A DNA stretch of 64,000 nt from the human T2T-CHM13v2.0 reference genome, Homo sapiens, in the NCBI RefSeq assembly GCF_009914755.1, contig NC_060927.1, one strand, 5' to 3'. Positions 58,064-64,000 of the stretch are shown here, piece by piece (position 1 is the stretch's first letter; each line of letters begins with the position of its first letter). The translations under genes and the position numbers were made by a program. The notes under the pieces were generated by a model, which was given only the letters and a program-made list of their open reading frames with translations, was not told the DNA's origin and made no database searches.

Positions 58064-58372
58064 TGACATGGTCTAACCTACTGTGCTGTGAAAGATTGAA
58101 AATTTGAGTATGTAATGTATATGATATTAAATTGTAAATTGGTGGGACATATGTAACAGCTTATCAACAATTGTAGATACTGGTACTTCATATCCTCTTA
58201 AGGAAAATTTGCCTCCAAATTTTAAGCTGGAAAGTCACTAGAATAACTTTTAAAAACAATTACAATACATGACTTTTTAAACTTTTTTGTGTGTGTATGT
58301 TAAGAATAGTGTACAAATTGAAATATCTGTGTACTGATCCTCGACACAACCAATGAAATCTCCATTATGAAG
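58064..58372 (+). pseudogene. 5'-truncated retrocopy of an mRNA 3' end, probably EIF4B 3'UTR
   Basis: Ends ...gtgtacaaattgaaatatctgtgtactgatcctc...caaccaatgaaatctccattatga, resembling the recalled EIF4B mRNA terminus with a decayed poly(A) signal; interrupts L1-like sequence. Confidence 0.5.
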
Positions 58373-58921
58373 GAATGTTTTGAAGCACATAGAAAAGGAA
58401 GCGAAACAAAGGATGCCTTTTCATTGTTTAAGTCTATTTTTGTGTCTTTAAAGAAGGTTTATAGTTATCTTCACATAAAACATTTCAATTTTTCTTTTTT
58501 CTCAATATTATATGTGAGGTTTACTCATTCGCTATGTTGTCTATTTACGTGTATGTATGCTTTGATGTTTTCTTTCATTTTAAAAATTAAGGTGTAATTT
58601 ACAGACAGCTTTTCTATATTTAGAAAATTCATACTTTTTAGTGTATACTTCTGTGAGTTTTGACAAATGTTTACCAGTATAATGAAGATATAAAAGAGTT
58701 TTCTGCCAGTTTCTTTGTCTTCAACCTCTTCACTCAAGATGAGCTCCTGGCAACCACTAGGGTCATCTTTTGGTCCCTGTAGTTCCAGAACGTCATGTAC
58801 ATGAAATCATTCAGCAGAGAGTCTTTGGAGCCTTAGGTATCACTAATTTGCTACTGCTTTCTATTAATAGTTAAATTTCATTGTGGTCAGAAAACATATT
58901 TTTCATTACTTGAATTCTTTA

Positions 58922-59375
<454 letters not shown>

Positions 59376-60064
59376 TCATTGGATAGAGTGTTCTATAAAT
59401 GTCAATTAGGTGGAGTTGGTTGTTGTTCAAGTCCTCATGTCCTTACTGATTTTATGTCTACTTGTTCTATCAATTATTTAGAGAGGATGATGAAATCTCC
59501 AACTATAATTGTGGATTTGTTTATTTTCTCCTCGGAGTTCTCTCAATTTTGCTTCATATATTTTGAAGCTCTGTTATTAGGAATAAAATGTTTAGGATTA
59601 TTTCCTCTTGATGAATTGGTTCATTTGTCATTATGAAATGACATTTTTACCCTTGATAATATTTGCACTGAAATCTACCAAGTTTCTTTTTCTTTTATTT
59701 TTAAAAATAATGATAAAATGCATATAACATCAGATTTACCATCTTAACCATTTTTAAGTATACAGTTCAGTAGTGTTAGGTGTGTTTACATTGTTGCATA
59801 GGCAATCTTCAGAACTTTTTCATCTTGCAAAACTGAAACAGTATGTGTTTGTCTTTTTGGGACTGACATTTCACTTAGCATAATGTCTTCCGGGTTCATC
59901 CATGTGATAGCATGTGTCAGAATTTCCTTCCTTTTTAAGGCTGAATAATATTTTATACATATATATAAACATATTTTGTTTATACATTCACCAACTGATG
60001 GATTTGGGTTGCTTCCACCTTTTGGCTATTGTGACTAATAATAATGAACTTGGGTGTACCAATA

Positions 60065-60406
60065 CAGTCATGCTCTGCATAATGAAGTTCAGTCAGTGAC
60101 TGACCATGTAAACCATGCTGGTCCTGGAAGATTATAATACTGTGTTTTTACTGTACCTTTTCTATATTTAGATATGTTTAATACACAAATCCCATTGTGT
60201 TACCATTGCCTGTAGTATTCAGTATGTTAACATGCTGTATAGATTTGTAGCCTAGAAGCAATAGACTATACCATATAGCCTAGGTGTATAGTAGGCTATA
60301 CCATCTAGGTTTGTGTAAGTACACTCTATGGTGTTCACACAATGACAGAATTGCCTAATAACACATTTATCAGACTGTATCCCCATCATTAAGTGACAGA
60401 TTACTG
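60065..60406. mobile_element. Tigger3-family element
   Basis: TA|cagtcatg...ttactg|TA termini; ccatatagcctaggtgtatagtaggctataccatctagg core. Confidence 0.8.
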
Positions 60407-61402
60407 TATCTCTTCAAGATCCTGTTTTCAATTCTTTTGTATTTATATCCAGAACTGGGATTGCTGGATCATATGGTAATCCTATTTTTAATTTTTTTGG
60501 GACTGCCATGCTGTTTTCCATAGCAACCAAATCATTTTTGCATTCCCACCAACAGTACACAAGGATTCCAATTTCTTCACATCCTTGACAATACTTGTTA
60601 TTTATTTTCTTTCTTCCTTCCTTCCCATCTTCCTTTCCTTTCCTTTTCTTTCACAGCACCCATCCTAATGGGTATGAGGTGATATTCCACCATGCTTTTG
60701 ATTTTTATTTCCCTAATGATTAGCAGTGTTGAGCATCTTTTTATATTCTTGTCATCCATTTGTATATCTTCTTCAGAGAAATGTCTATTCAAGTCCTTGG
60801 CCCATTTTTAAATCAGGTTTTTGTTGAAGTTGAGTTGTAGGGGTTCTTTGTGTGTTCTGAATATTAACCTCTTCACCAATATATGATTTGCAAATATTTT
60901 CTCCTGTTCTGTAGGTCACCTTTTTATTCTGTTGATTGTTTCCTTTGGTATGCGGTTTTTTGCTTCACGTAGTCCATCTGTTTATTCTTACTTTTATTGC
61001 CTGTGTTTTTGGTGTCATATCCAAGAAATCATTGCCAAATTCAATGCCATCAAGCTTTTCTTTTTTGGTCCATTTTTCTATATGTCTTCTTTATGCCAGT
61101 ACTGTACTGTTTTGATTACTGTAGCTTTGTAATATGTTTTGAAATCAGGAAGTGAAAGATCACCAGCTTAGTTGTTCTTTCTTAAGATAGTTTTGGTTAT
61201 TTGGAGATTAAAAGTGACTTAAAAAATAAGAGAACCAGTCTTTTATATTTACTCACATTTTACCATTTTCATCTAGCATTATTGTTGTTCTCTCTGAAAA
61301 CCTTTTAACATTTCTTATAGCACTGGTCTACTGGTGATGAGTTCTTTCAGCTTTTGCATGTCTGAAAGGTTTTTATTTCACATTTATTGTGAATGATATT
61401 TC

Positions 61403-61703
61403 CTTTTTTTTTTTTTGAAACAAGGTCTCCCTCTGTCATCCAGGCTGGAATGCAGTGGTGCAAACACTGCTCACAGCAGCCTTGACTTCCTGGGCTCAAG
61501 TGATCCTCTCACCTCAGCCTCCTGAGTAGCTGGGACCACAAGCATGCACCATCTTGGCATTCAGCTGGTTTTTAAACATTTTTTGTAGAAATGGGGTCTC
61601 ACTATATTGCCCAGGCTGGTCTTGAACCCCCAGACTCAAGCAATTCTCTCACCTCAGCCTCCCAAAGTGTTGAGATTAAATGTAAGAGCCACTGCACCCA
61701 GCA
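61403..61703 (-). mobile_element. AluJ
   Basis: Antisense dimer. Confidence 0.88.
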
Positions 61704-62285
61704 TGAATGACATTTTCTAAGTTGACAGTTAAAGATATTGCTCTACTGTTTTCTAGCTTGCATTATTTCTAACTGGAAGTCTGCTGTCATTCTTATCTTT
61801 ACCCTTCTGTGTGTAATTCTTTTTTCTTTAATTGCTGTTCAGATTTTCTCCTTATCACTGGTTTTAATCAAGTAGATTTGTCTAGGTGTAGTTTTTCTTC
61901 ATGTTTATTGTGCTTCTTGGTTTATAGTTTTCATCAAATTTGAATTTTTTTGGCTATAATTTCTTCAAATATTTTCTCCTGTACCTTCCTCTCTCTCTTT
62001 CGTATTAGTCCTCTTAAAGTTTTGCCATAGCTTACTAATAATTTATTCATTATTTTGTGTCTTTCATTCTGCATAGTTTCCATTGCTGTGACTTAAATTT
62101 CACTTGTCTTTTGTTTCTGCTGTATATAATTATGCTGTTAATCCCATACAGTGTTTACAGTGTTTTTTTTTCTTTTTTACCTCAGGCATTGTATTTTTTC
62201 TCTCTAGGAGTTTGATTTGGTTCTCCTTTATAGTAAGTGTCTGCTAAGTATGCCCGTGTTTTCCTCTACCTTCTTGGAAGTATGA

Positions 62286-62672
<387 letters not shown>

Positions 62673-63796
62673 TAGTTTCAATTGATTTATTTTTCTCTTC
62701 ATTATGCATTATATATTGCTACTTTTTTCATGCCTAGTAATTTTTTATTGGATGCCAGACATTGTATGAATTTCACCTCGTTGAGTCCTGAATATTTTTG
62801 CACTTTAACAAATATTCTTGAGATTGTATCTGGGTTACAGTTAAGTTACTTGAGAAATGTTTCACCTGTTTGAGGCTTGCTTTTAAGCTTTGTTAGGCAG
62901 GAGCAGAGTGATCTTTAATCTATAGTTAATTTTTCCACCATGGAGGCAAAACCCTTCTGAATGCTTTACCCTATACCATAAGAATTATGAGATTTTTCTA
63001 CTGTGGCTATTGAGAACAGGCACTATTCTTAGCCCTTTTGTCATTTGAGACTCAAGGGGGATCCTCTGTAGACTTCTGGAGCTCTTTGCGCAACTCTCTC
63101 CTCTCCAGTACTCTGACTTGTAATTTCTAGTCACTTTAGCCTCCGGTAAGTCCCAAGTCTGTCTGTCTCCTCAACTCAGTGAGGCTTCCAGGCTTCTCCT
63201 GAGTTTCTTTTTCCTGCTTTGTGGCTTGCACCGCTCTCCATGTGGTAAGCCTATGTGGTAAGCCTATGTGGTAAGCTCCATGTGGAGCAATTGTAGCATT
63301 CACCTTATTTGTTTCTTCTCTCCAAGGAATCACTGTCCCATATTGCCTGTTATCAAATATCTCAAAAAATATTTTAGATATCTTTTAACAAAATTTCTAA
63401 TTGTTTAAAGTGGGATAGGAAGTGTGTTACTCATATTTGCCTAAGTAGAAGTCCTAAAGCTTTTGATGTTTGCATGCTCATTTTATATATTACTGCCAGC
63501 TGAGTTTTTAAAATTATTATTATTATTTTCCACTTAATTTAGGGTCTTCCAGGTATAAATCATGTCACCTTCAAGTGAAGACAGTTTTATTTCATCTTTT
63601 TCTATTCTATGATCTTGTTTTTTGACCAATATAATTGCATTAGTTAGTTCCTACAGAACAATGTTAAATCATAGTTACCATACTTACCTTGTTCCTGACG
63701 TTAATGAAAAAATACCTACAAAGTTTTCATAAGTAAGATGCTTCTTTGGGATTGAAGTTCATCTGTTTTTATCATGTTAAGGAAATATTCATCCAT

Positions 63797-64000
63797 TTCT
63801 TTCTTTTTTTTTTTTTTTTTTTTTTTCCGAGATGGAGTTTCACTCTTGTTGCCCAAGCTGAAGTACAATGGCACAATCTTGGCTCACTACAACCTCCACA
63901 CCCCGGGTTCAGGCGATTCTCCTGCTTCAGCCTCCCAAGTATCTGGGATTACAGGCATGTGTGACCATGCCTGGCTAATTTTTGCATTTTTAGTGGAGAC
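63797..64000 (-). mobile_element. AluS (cut by window end)
   Basis: Poly(T) followed by antisense right arm. Confidence 0.9.

Overview
Human-type genomic DNA, recognised as the macro-PARP cluster on chr3q21.1. It contains the complete PARP9/BAL1 gene on the minus strand (10 coding exons, 2565 nt, 854 aa; 819 aa with the proximal exon-3 donor). The complete DTX3L/BBAP gene lies on the plus strand (5 exons, 2223 nt, 740 aa, ~3.45 kb 3'UTR), head-to-head with PARP9 on an ISRE-containing CpG-island promoter. Exon 1 and part of intron 1 of PARP15 follow. I read all splice junctions from the sequence, and their phases sum to intact reading frames. The rest is dense in Alu, L1, L2, MIR, LTR and DNA-transposon remnants. 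The main candidate for something undescribed is a colinear set of four decayed exons in PARP9 intron 7 (~26.7-28.0 kb) resembling a lost third macrodomain. Also notable are two apparent templated-insertion scars (an 81-bp inverted copy inside an Alu, and an Alu arm copied with its flank), a candidate alternative PARP9 terminal exon, and a probable EIF4B 3'UTR retrocopy in PARP15 intron 1. Repeat family names and paralog or reference protein comparisons are from memory and were not verified by search.
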